A DNA stretch of 63,908 nt, the filler included, from Octopus bimaculoides (taxonomy: Eukaryota), in the NCBI RefSeq assembly GCF_001194135.2. It is 8 parts of 8 records of this genome, joined end to end, with 100 filler letters (N's around TTAATTAATTAA, not from the genome) between each part and the next. Parts side by side here need not be neighbours in the genome. Positions count along the whole stretch, not along the records: positions 1 to 7,415 come from NC_068996.1; positions 7,516 to 21,474 come from NC_068983.1; 6 more parts are not named here. The stretch is one strand, 5' to 3'. This document shows positions 1-10,290 of the stretch, piece after piece. A model generated the notes under the pieces. It saw nothing but the letters and a program-made list of their open reading frames with translations, was not told the DNA's origin and ran no database searches. The position numbers and the translations under genes are program-made. Each line of letters opens with the position of its first letter. The first letter of the stretch is position 1.

Positions 1-761
1 GAAAGAGCCGGACTCTAACATAGATTCAAGGCTCCTTCATTGGAACTTTTATCAACATCATCTCGGTATTTGTGCATATGTGTGTGTGTGCAGTATTTGG
101 TGTTAGTGTATGCGCAGATCTGTATGTTTGTTTTATGGATGCGTTTTTACGTCTAGATACATGCATATGTATTTATGTGTTAAATTTTTGGAAAGTTTTA
201 CATATATTTACAGTTCCATTGATGGCTTGAATCTGTAGTCTTCTAATCAGCCTTTTTCTTTCGGATTTTGAGAACCCTAATTTTTCCAGGTTTTTGTTGA
301 GGCAGTTCGTTACATATCCCAATGCCCCAACAATCACGGGTATGAATCTGAACTTGTAGTCTGAGTGGAGGATCTGTAAATTTCTCAGTAGCTCGGCGTA
401 GTTGTTATCTTTTTCTCTAATCTTTAGTGGGATGTTGACATCCGCAGGACAGCTGATTTCTACTACTGTACAGTTTCTCTTCTCTGTCCCAGATTACTAT
501 ATCCGGTCTATTATGTCTGCACTTTATTGAGGTTTTTATTGGGACATTCCACCAATACTCTTTCATATTGTGAGTGGTAATGGCCTCTACCTCATTATGG
601 ATTTTCATCTGCTTAGCCCCGGGGTTATCCTGTCGGCGGATTTCATTGTACAGTATCTTGGCCACAACATCATGTCTCATAGGTAGGTAATACCGTGATG
701 ACATTTTTGGACAGCTGCTAATGATGTGGGTGATATCTTCGATACTGATTCCACAGAGTCT
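1..761 (-). mobile_element. 5'-truncated R4/Dong-like (restriction-like endonuclease) non-LTR retrotransposon, 3' portion, frameshifted
   Basis: Minus strand reads RLCGISIEDITHIISSCPKMSSRYYLPMRHDVVAK (CCHC knuckle plus RHD), then WWNVPIKTSIKCRHNRPDIVIWD (PD motif of the REL domain). After a frameshift it reads VVEISCPADVNI...YKFRFIPVIVGALG...KTFQKF*. The 3' UTR matches the copy at 34579-35000. Confidence 0.85.
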
Positions 762-815
762 TGTATGTATGTATGTATGTATGTATGTATGTATGTATGT
801 ATGTATGTATGTATG
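762..815. repeat. (ATGT)n microsatellite abutting the 5' junction of the R4/Dong-like element
   Basis: Direct reading. Confidence 0.95.
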
Positions 816-1489
816 CATCTATGTACACTATGGATGTTAATCAGTTTCCGTCTTTCAATTCCACTCTCAGGGCTTTGTTCCTCCCGAAGATTTAGTAGAA
901 GATATTTATCAAATGTGCCACGCAGTATAGCACTTTTAGATGAAGAAAAAAAACCCATTAAGTTTCCTTTGCTAAATAGTGGTATTATGTAATTTCTGTT
1001 CTTCTTTCCCTAATTTAATTCATTGAATAGTGTCCACGTTGTTGAATCCATGTTGTTCAATATGTTATACTCTGTTTTCTCAACACAATTCTTATTTCAG
1101 ACTTGTACGTTCGTCATAAATTGCTAATTCAAGAATGGACATGTGGTAATATTACTGTATTTCCTTTGCAAGGTACGTAACTAGAATTATTGGATTACAT
1201 CAGTAAATAGAGAAAGGAAATGGAGACACGGATTTACACATCTTCACGTTCACACATATACATATGTATTCATACACACACATATAGATCAGATATGACG
1301 AGTGAAAGTGGAGTGAATGTAGTGATTTCAGGATGCGGGGTTTCTTACGTGGAAGTACTTAGTGTCCTTATGTTTTGTAATTGTGGGATTGCAGAGGTAG
1401 AGAAAAATATTATGTGAAAGAAGAACGGCAATATAGATCATCTCTGCAGTCATTTATCCAAAAAGTGAAGCACAATACACTTATATCAA

Positions 1490-1950
1490 TGGGAAAAAGC
1501 CTCTCTGTCTTCCTTCTACATAAAACCGTGTCATAGAAAACAATTCTTCACTTCCTTAGACCAAAATATTGTGAAGACTATTCTCAGATAAAAACAATGC
1601 TTTCGGACTTGCGAGGCACAGAATTTGAAGCTGGTATCTTTCTTGGGCTACAGGTGATGTAGATTCTTGTACTCAAAGATCTGGATATGAAAATGAAAAT
1701 GATAAATAAAAGCGCTTTGAATGTTGTCAATAAAGTGGGTGAAGCTGTGAAGGTTTAATTAAAGACCTGCTTGACAAGTACAGCAATATGGGATGCAAAA
1801 TATCACTGAAACCGCAGTATTTACATCGAATCTTACTGCTGTACCAAGAGAGAATGCAGGATGATTCCATAGAGATATAGAATTTAAAGAAAAACAGTAT
1901 CATGGTAGTTGGAATGAAGCAATAATGATAGATGATTACATTTAGAATAT
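1490..1950 (+). mobile_element. Degenerate DNA transposase relic, Chapaev3-like
   Basis: Stop- and frameshift-ridden translation: KQFFTSLDQN...EAGIFLGLQ...LIKDLLDKYSNMGCKISLK...NLTAVPRENAG*FHRDIEFKEKQYHGSWNEAIMID. This resembles the pattern KQFVKALD / EGIFVGPQ / LGCxMSLK / ENLGAVSDEQGERFHQDI..MEKRYQGRWN. The family name is from memory. Confidence 0.6.
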
Positions 1951-2393
1951 GGTTAGAGAATATGATAGAGGCCACAAGAGAAAAGAGAGATCCAATATCC
2001 GCGCTTGAGCATATTTATGTTTTTGTCCTATTGAACTCCCATAGTTATTACACTTGCGTTGCCTTGTTTATGGTTCTTCATTTTATTATTCGACATGTAT
2101 ATATATGTCTTTTATATATCTTTTTATATGCTGTTAAAATTCTAACGTATTCCAATAAATGTTCTCTGATGCAGTGAATTTGCGCCGGTTGTGCAGTTGG
2201 GGCAACGAAAATTTGGATACCAAATAATAATAGTTTGAATAAAGTTAAGTCTTTGTTGCATGTTATTGACAGGAAAATATGTATCCTCTATGCTGTAATT
2301 CCTTCACTTTCAACTGACGGTCTGAGATCAAATCACTTGTATGGCTTGTATACTCCAAAATAATTATTATGTGTTCATAATTATTATATTATG

Positions 2394-2612
2394 CGAAGGC
2401 AGCGAGCTGGCAGAAGAGTTAGCACGCCGGGCGAAATGCTTAGCGGTATTTCGTTTGTCTTTATGTTCTGAGTTCAAATTCGCCCAGGTCGACGTTGCCT
2501 ATCATCATTTCGGGGTCGATAAATTAAATACCAGTTGCGTACTGGAGTAAATCTAATCGACAGGCTCCCTCCCCCCAAAATTTCAGACTCTGTGCCTAGA
2601 GTAGAAAAGATT
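2394..2612 (+). mobile_element. tRNA-derived SINE, family A (head GGCRGCGAGCTGGCAGAA...GTTCAAATTC)
   Basis: A-box-like TGGCAGAA and B-box-like GTTCAAATTC; about 10 related copies in the window. Confidence 0.8.
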
Positions 2613-2967
2613 ATATAAAACGACTTTTATTATATGTCACATAACGCCGTTAAATTATAATATATTATATTACAACGGGTATTCAGTTTTTTTTTTATTA
2701 TACTATATGGCTTTTTAATGCTATAAAAAACCGATAAATTATAATATATCGTATTACAACGAATATTATGTTTTTTTTTATCATTATGCAAATTTTTGTA
2801 TGTCTAAAAATAGTTAATGTGACTTTTCCTTCGTAGCTTGCCAAACAAGTGAGGACGAAAATTAAAAGCAAACTTGAACTTTCATAAGCACACACAAATA
2901 TTATAGTATATGTATGTATCTAACTATCAGCCTGCCTGCCCACCTACTTACCTACCTGCCTACCTAT

Positions 2968-5112
2968 CCTCACTCTGCTCAACGCAAATTTGAAAATTTT
3001 GGCCAAGGTGTTAGCCGAGTGGTTGGCGCTTATCACGGCGCAAACGTGCGACGTGCCGGGCAGGAGTACCCACGAGAACCTCCATCTGATGTGCTACATC
3101 ATAGACAGGGTAATTAAGGAACCTGGCATAGATGGGGTGCTGATCAATTTGGATCAATCAAAAGCTTTCAATTGGGTCGACCATCGATACTTGGAGGCTG
3201 TCCTTAGAGAGGCTGGTTTCGGTCCTGTCTTCTGTGGTTGAATCATTGCATTATAAAGCGGCATCCGCTCGGTAGTTCGCGTGAATTGTCATCAGTCCAG
3301 GCCATTTAACATCACACGTTCGGTCCGTCAAGGATGCTCCCTCTCATCGCTTCTGTACGTATTGACTCTAGAGCTGCTACTACAGAAGCTGGCGACAGGG
3401 AGGGGCATCCCGCAAGAGCTGGGATGCGGGAGGAGCGTGTGTGCATACGCGGACGACGTCACTATGATAGTGTCGAGCATATCTTCCTGCTCAGGTAGAC
3501 ACAAAAACAAATACGAAGCGGTAACGGGACTGAAAATTAACCGGGAAAAGTTAGTGGGCTTGCGACTCGGCACCTGGAGAAGCAAGCCCATGGTCCAACA
3601 GCTCCTCTTTCGTGAGACGCTGGAGCGACGGACCGTTTGAATTTCTCGGGGGTCTGGTTCGGTCCAGAACCCGAAATGGATGAGATCTGAGACGAGATAA
3701 CGAATAGGGTGGTCACTCGCACCCTGCAATGGGCCGAGAAGTAGCTATCCTTAAATGGTCGGGCGGAGATGGCGAACGTGTACATCGCATCCGTTATCGA
3801 TTACCGTCTGACCGTCGTGCCTTGTCCCGACCCTACCATCAACAGACTGGAGCGCATACTCTTCTGCTTTTTGTGGAAGGGAAGCGTTCCGATGGTTAAG
3901 CGATCCATTTTCTGTCAACACTCGCTAAGTGGAAGGATGGGCATGCCGTGGTTGATGATGCGCAGACATGCGCTGAAACTGCGATATTTCTGGCACTTCA
4001 TAGGTGTAGTCGCCGTTTGTGCGGCGCGCTTTCCTGCAGCTCGTCTCTTTGGCCGAACTGCAGTCGTGGATCAAACAGAGACTGAGGCTAGGCGAATGAA
4101 CCGCGAGTGCTGCCTTGCTCTCAAGCAACTCTGCTGTCCGGGACCAAACTTGTGCGACTTCAATTCCACGAAGGCGTTCTATTGAGGATTAGTGGAGGAG
4201 AGGTGCGACGACGTTCTCGGGCAGAATTTGGGCGTCGACGAGGAACACCTGACCCGCCTGCTCAGGACAACTTTCGGGCCGGGACCTGTGGACAATCACC
4301 AGAGATCCCTGGCCTGGCAGTGCTATCGGGAAGCATTGCCCGTTCGGGGTAAGCTCTACAGGCACGGTTCGAAACACATCTGACCAATCTGCCCGAGATG
4401 CGGTTAGAGCGACGAAACCGTTTTGAAAATATTTGTGCAGTGTCCAACCATTTCGGACCTGTGGATTTATGCCGAACAGCTGCAGTCACGAGTGGGACGA
4501 ATTCGGTTGTTGGCCGAGTCTATCGTGAAAATTGCTCCGCCACCTTCCCTTAACCGGAAAAGCAACGCAGTTTTCATTGAACTGGTGGCCTTAGTGAAAG
4601 AATGTGTGTGGTAGACTCGAGCGAAAGGTTTATAGACAAACACTTTCCTCTCTGGCCAATCGCTCATCAACTTTTTCAAGTACCACTTGAAAAGGAAGGT
4701 GAGAATAGAGAGACAAGTCTTTGTCTCATGAAAGATTAAATAAAAGATGGGTGAATGTAGCAAGATGGTACGCGCGAATGACGAAACCACTTTGAGCATG
4801 ATCCTGTGAATCCAAAGACGAGAGAAAGAGAGCACTTTGCTCTCGTAGTTTTTCCTACCCGGCCTGAGGTTACGGTGGTCTTTTTTATAGATTTTTCTTT
4901 CCGCGGATTAACCTCATCTGTTTTTTACATTTTCACCCTGTTCTGTGATGCATGATCCCTTTTGATTGAATCTTTTTCTTTTACACGATCCCTTTTCAAC
5001 GGAATTTTTTTCTTCCTTTTCAGTCTATTTTCTTTTTTTTCTCTGGAAAATAAAAGCTCTACATTGTATTTTGTTCCCTCTGTGTTCGGCCCTGTGTGGC
5101 TAATAAAGAAAG
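2968..5112 (+). mobile_element. 5'-truncated L1/Tx1-clade LINE (ORF2 RT to 3' end), disrupted
   Basis: Motifs TLLNANLKILAKVLA, NLDQSKAFNWVDH, VRQGCSLSSLL, YADDVT and a C-terminal CPRCG...QCP knuckle (about 4390-4445), followed by a T-rich 3' UTR and the terminus CCCTGTGTGGCTAATAAAGAAA. Confidence 0.85.
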
Positions 5113-5127
5113 TTATCTAGCTAACTA

Positions 5128-5195
<68 letters not shown>
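5113..5195. repeat. (ATCT)n/(GTCT)n microsatellite after the Tx1-like 3' end
   Basis: Direct reading. Confidence 0.9.
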
Positions 5196-5196
<1 letters not shown>

Positions 5197-5200
5197 TTAT

Positions 5201-5354
5201 CTTGGATGTGTGGTAAGAAGCTTGCTTTATAACCACATGGTTCCAGATTCAGTCCCACTGCGTGACAGCTTCGACAAGCGTCTTCTACTATAACCGCGGG
5301 CCGACCAAAGCCTTGTGAGTTGATTTGGTCGACGGAAACTGAAAGAAACCCGTC

Positions 5355-5399
<45 letters not shown>

Positions 5400-5548
5400 C
5401 TTGTATATGTTTGCGCCTGTATTTCTCCCACACTTGACAACCGATGTTGTTGTGTTTACGTTTGAACTTAGTGGTTCGGCTAAAGAGACCGATAGAATAA
5501 GTACTAGGCTTACAAAGAATAAAAGATTTAAACGACTAAAAAATAAAG
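5201..5548 (+). mobile_element. tRNA-derived SINE, family B (head ...GGCTGTGTGGTAAG...GGTTCAGTCCCACTGCG), with internal (TA)n
   Basis: tRNA-like A/B boxes; same body as the copies at 18170, 30062, 42015, 44455 and 48118. Confidence 0.8.
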
Positions 5549-5586
5549 ATATGCACACACACATATATATACATACACACACACAC

Positions 5587-5638
<52 letters not shown>

Positions 5639-7149
5639 TCATGTCTATAAGTATGTGTGCGTGTGTGTGTTTGCATGCAAATAGATATTTATATGTGTAT
5701 TTGCGGGGGAAATGGTCGAGAAGGCTTACTGTTTTTGGCATCAGTAATTTATCTTACACGTGTTTATCTCTTATGAGACTGATATAATTGTAAGCTTACA
5801 TTGGGAAAATCTCGCATCTAGGGAAATAAGTTTTGAATGACAGTATTTGCAACAAAATACTAGAAATGAATCTGTAGATGAGATAGATAGATTTTATTGC
5901 TATGAGAAGCAAATGATTCAACATTGTAGTCTTTCCTCTCTTTATGAGTGAAAACGAAAGACGTTTTGCCGTAAGAACTGTGTAGAAACTGATGGTGGTG
6001 AAATTAAACTTGAAATCTAAAAAGTGGGGTATTCAAAGAATGAATGAAATATCAGAGTGCAAGGTGTTGAGAGATAGCCATGAATTTTCAGTGTTACGTT
6101 GGGAACGAATAGGGTGGCAATTGAATCTGTAGAAGTCTTCAAGGAATTCTCCTATATAAGAAAAAATTTGCCAAATTTTATAACCAGATCATATCCAGTT
6201 TATTTTTTGTTTATCTTAGAAGTGTTTAAGCCAAACTAAATACATTTAAAGACAAGCAACTTCTTTATCGAAGGTTTTTCGTAGAGATCAATTTATTATC
6301 CTCATTTATAATAACTTAATTTAACGATGGCTGAAAGCTGAAAACATTTGTAAAGCTTTAATCCGTATTAAGATCTTTTACTCCTGACAAAACCGAGCAA
6401 AGATTATTCTTCTACGAATTCATTTGAATGACACATACAAGTTCAGATATGAAGTGACCGAATTAACAGTGCCACCGCATGATTTACTAGTTCGAATCTA
6501 ATGTAAGAGTTTTATGTGTATGAGTACAACTAGGTTGCAAAGATCTTTATTTCATCTCAGTTCTTTAATTTCGTCGCGCTATGATGCTCACCGTTTACGC
6601 TTCATTTGTTCAGTACTGTGGGAACTGATATTAGATTCGATGCATGTGGTTCGTAAAGAAACACTTATAGTGAAAAAGAATTACACTAACACAAATTTAA
6701 AATGCATTTAATTATTTATTTATTTGTTCATTTATTTATTTGTTTAATTATTTATTTATTTATTAACTACAGGTTGTGCCAGTAGTTTGTGGTTTAGATG
6801 TGTTTTACGCTTAACCGCTAGTTCCATGTCTAGGTTCTACTATGTAAAGAATTTTGCTTTCCTTTTCATGAACGAATTTTATTGAATTTGATTTTTTATA
6901 TTATTTGTTGTATGAAAACCAAGAAAATAATACTTATAAAAAGTTTACCTACAAATGAGCAAATAAATCAGTTGTTAAATGAATGAAAGAAAAACAGAAA
7001 TTTAACAAGTGAGAATACATAACTAAATCGTGAAAGGAAAAATTTGAACCCCCCCCCCAAAAAAAAAAGACACAGAGAAATTATAAAGTACCACTAAAAA
7101 AAGCAGATAATTGAGTAAAGCAAAACGCGTAATACTAAGAATCAATAAC

Positions 7150-7235
7150 TTCAGCAGCACCAACAGCAACAAGAAGAAGAAGAACAACCACAACAGCAAT
7201 AACAATAACAACAACAGCAGCAACAACAACAACAA
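7150..7235. repeat. Compound (CAA/AAG/AAT)n trinucleotide tract
   Basis: Direct reading; it explains the overlapping poly-N, poly-L and poly-C ORFs. Confidence 0.9.
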
Positions 7236-7382
7236 CCCATCAAAGATAAGATTGATGGAAATTGGAAGTAAAAAACACAAAAGTTTGAAGGGATGGAAAT
7301 CAAGTCAAAATAAGAAAAAGAGGATAAACACCCTCGCAAAAACCTCTATACGTACATACATATGTACATATGTATACATACA

Positions 7383-7415
<33 letters not shown>

Positions 7416-7515
7416 NNNNNNNNNNNNNNNNNNNNNNNNNNNNNNNNNNNNNNNNNNNNTTAATTAATTAANNNNNNNNNNNNNNNNNNNNNNNNNNNNN
7501 NNNNNNNNNNNNNNN
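7416..7515. other. Artificial scaffold joiner (44N-TTAATTAATTAA-44N)
   Basis: The identical 100-nt structure occurs 7 times; the 12-mer gives stops in all six frames. Confidence 0.95.
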
Positions 7516-7659
7516 TATAGTTAAGCTCGAGGTTTGGTGATTAAGCGAATAAGGAGTCCAACGTAGGTCATATATCAGCATGTGTATATATATAAAAAAA
7601 TTCTGAATGAGATAAAAATCCAAGGCTGTGAAATATTTTAGAACACTTATAAATAGAAG

Positions 7660-7707
7660 GTCTTACAGCTGTTTCTGGGATATTTTATATATCCCTCCAT
7701 CGGAGAC
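7660..7707 (-). ncRNA. Degenerate minimal type I hammerhead ribozyme-like motif (Penelope-type)
   Basis: Reverse complement: GTCT-CCGATGGA-GGGATAT(ATAAA)ATATCCC-AGAAA-CAGCTG-TA-AGAC. Helix I is GTCT/AGAC, helix II is 7 bp and helix III is the palindrome ACAGCTGT. The core carries substitutions. Confidence 0.55.
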
Positions 7708-7744
7708 GGTATGAGAAAATGGTTAAGCAATAGTTATTTTAGAT

Positions 7745-7790
7745 GTCTCCGATGAAGAGATTTATAAAACATCCCGACACAGCTGTAAGA
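7745..7790 (+). ncRNA. Second, inverted degenerate copy of the same hammerhead-like motif
   Basis: GTCT-CCGATGAA-GAGATTT(ATAAA)ACATCCC-GACA-CAGCTG-TA-AGAT; inverted relative to 7660-7707. Confidence 0.5.
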
Positions 7791-8228
7791 TAGACAGATA
7801 TAGTTGTGTGTGTGTGGCGGGGGGTGGCATGTGCGGTCATAAAGTAGTAAAAGGAGATTCTCATTATTAATTTCTCGTTTAAGTACTTTTCAGGCTATCT
7901 ACAATACTGTGTAACGGCTTATAAATACTTGATATGCCGAAATAAGACGTACGCATTAGCCACAGTGAACACACCTTCCCTCAGAGCAATTCCCAGTCTG
8001 CTAGCTCAAACGACCGTAATCTCCAGTAATTTGTAAATCCCAGTGAAGTTAACAATGCTTTTGTTTTCGTTGATATCTTCGAATGGCTAGATTAGTGTGG
8101 TGTTGTACAAGGTTCATTATTCGATATATTATGTATATGTTAGACCACCATATGTCTGTACATATTTTCTTAATAATGTAGATAGCTCTCTTAATGGTAC
8201 TGAGCTATTTTAATATATTTTGATATCA

Positions 8229-8450
8229 AAGGCGGCGGGATATCAGAATCGTTAGCATTCCGAGCAAAATGCTTAACGATATTTCGTCCGTATTTACGTT
8301 TTTAGTTCAAATTTCTCCGGGATCGACTTTACCTTTCATCCTTTCGCGAGGTACATAAAGACAAAATAAGCACCGGTTGAGCTCTGGGATCGATATAAAC
8401 GATTTAAGCCCGCCCCACAAAATCTCCTGGCTTTGTGCCGAAGTATGAAG
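8229..8450 (+). mobile_element. SINE family A, diverged copy
   Basis: Aligns by eye to the 2394 and 49314 copies. Confidence 0.75.
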
Positions 8451-10234
8451 TAAATATTATTTGATATCATTTTCGAAGTCTGTGCTCATATATTCCGTGT
8501 AACAATTGATGTATTTGTGTGTGTGTGTGTTTGTGTGTGTGTGTTTGTGTGTGATACATTCTTTTGCATAAATACATGTCTGTAGTGTTCACACACACAC
8601 ACACCCACACACACACGTTTGAGCACGCATGCATTAATGTAATAAATTTATGAAATACACATCTCTGAATGTAATCTCAATACCATCTATCTTGTATGAT
8701 GTTACCTGTCCAGTGCAGTTTAGTTATGTTTACAAAGAACTTAAAAGTGGGATTCAGTTTTTAATGAGGCAACTGACAATAAGTCCGTATCCAATTTTCT
8801 TTATTCACGATGCCAAAGCATAAACAATTGTAATTTAAACGTAAGTAGCTAAGAATAGGATATACATTGTTTCCTTATTTCTCATCCGATTCGCTGGTGA
8901 GACAAAATATGCTAAGTAATTGCAACTCTATATTTTGATAAGCATTGGCGGATAAATGGAAGAGAAGGTCATGCGTTAATTTTGCTGTTACGCTACACTT
9001 AGTCTCATAATTTACTGAAACATATAGCTTCAATAACACCTAGAAAGGCGTCATTAATGTGTATAATATTAATGACGGTTCCACTAGGTATTGTCGATGT
9101 CACTAAACAGTAATATTCATCAGTGCCTACGATACGAAATTCTGTTTCTGATGAACATAGGATCCTGTTTTATTAGCGAAGAAATGATATAATTTTGTAT
9201 GTTCTGGTTGGAGATGAAGTAATAATTACTAAGCTATTTGACGCTTGTAGTGAAAAGAAGTTATGAAGTAAAGAATTGCTGAGAATACCTTGAGATGAAT
9301 TAATCAGTGGCAGACAAACGATTCCATTTCAGATTTGTCACTGCAGGAAATATCAGCGTAACAAGTTCTTTGATATGTAAAGATATACACAAACGATATT
9401 GGAGACACACAAGTTACATGTGTTTTAACTCGAAAGGAACAAATGATGTAAGCAATTCCTAGTTTTCAAGTGGTACAGTACTTGACACAAATCAGAATTT
9501 ATATATATATCGAATTTCATATATCAAATATATCGAGATATTATACCGAATTTCAAAGTTCAAATTAGAAAACAATTTTTAATGCATTAAAATGTTTCAC
9601 GTTCCAACGCGAAGGGAAGCATGTATGTATGTATGTATTATGTATGTATTTATGTATGTGTGTGTGTATGCATGTGTGTGTTTGTGAGTGAGAAAAGAAT
9701 TATTGAAAGACTGCTTTTTTTCAATCAAATACATCACTAAATTAGTTGATAGCAAATACTAAGTTTACCAGATTTCAACGAAGCATTATTGGTTCTGGAG
9801 GTTCTTGAAAGCTTCTATTTTGAATATCTATATGACTATTCATATGGTTGAAGTACCTATACTTGTTGCAAACGTTCCTACAAAAGTCAGTCCGTATGAA
9901 GAGATAACCCACATAATTAGAGGATAAGAAACAGTGCTAGCATCAGTCAAGCTTTGTAAACATCCATCTGTCCATATACATGGTGTTTCGTGGGCACAAC
10001 AGGATTTGATCCTGATAAGAATCCTGCAATCTGTTTGAATACGGGGTCAGCAGTCACTAATACAAATGATTGATGTGAGAAATGGGCATCTCTCCTGTTT
10101 GTACGCCGGTAGTTTGAAGACTTCGAAGCTTCTTAAGGACTTCTATAGTGATCTTCACGTCTCTAGGAAAGGAGTGAGGCGAGGGTTTGAGGTATACACA
10201 CAGGTCATAACGCTATATCTTTGACGAATATTTA

Positions 10235-10290
<56 letters not shown>

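Noticed and set aside
7460-7471. Repeated TTAATTAATTAA as a biological motif or array
   Set aside because: It is always centred in exactly 100-nt N spacers, so it is an assembly linker.
9880-10215. GC-richer stretch with open minus-strand frames (e.g. DAHFSHQSFVLVTADPVFKQIAGFLSGSNPVVPTKH)
   Set aside because: No recognisable motif or convincing splice pair; it may be a decayed LTR-element fragment, but I cannot support a call.
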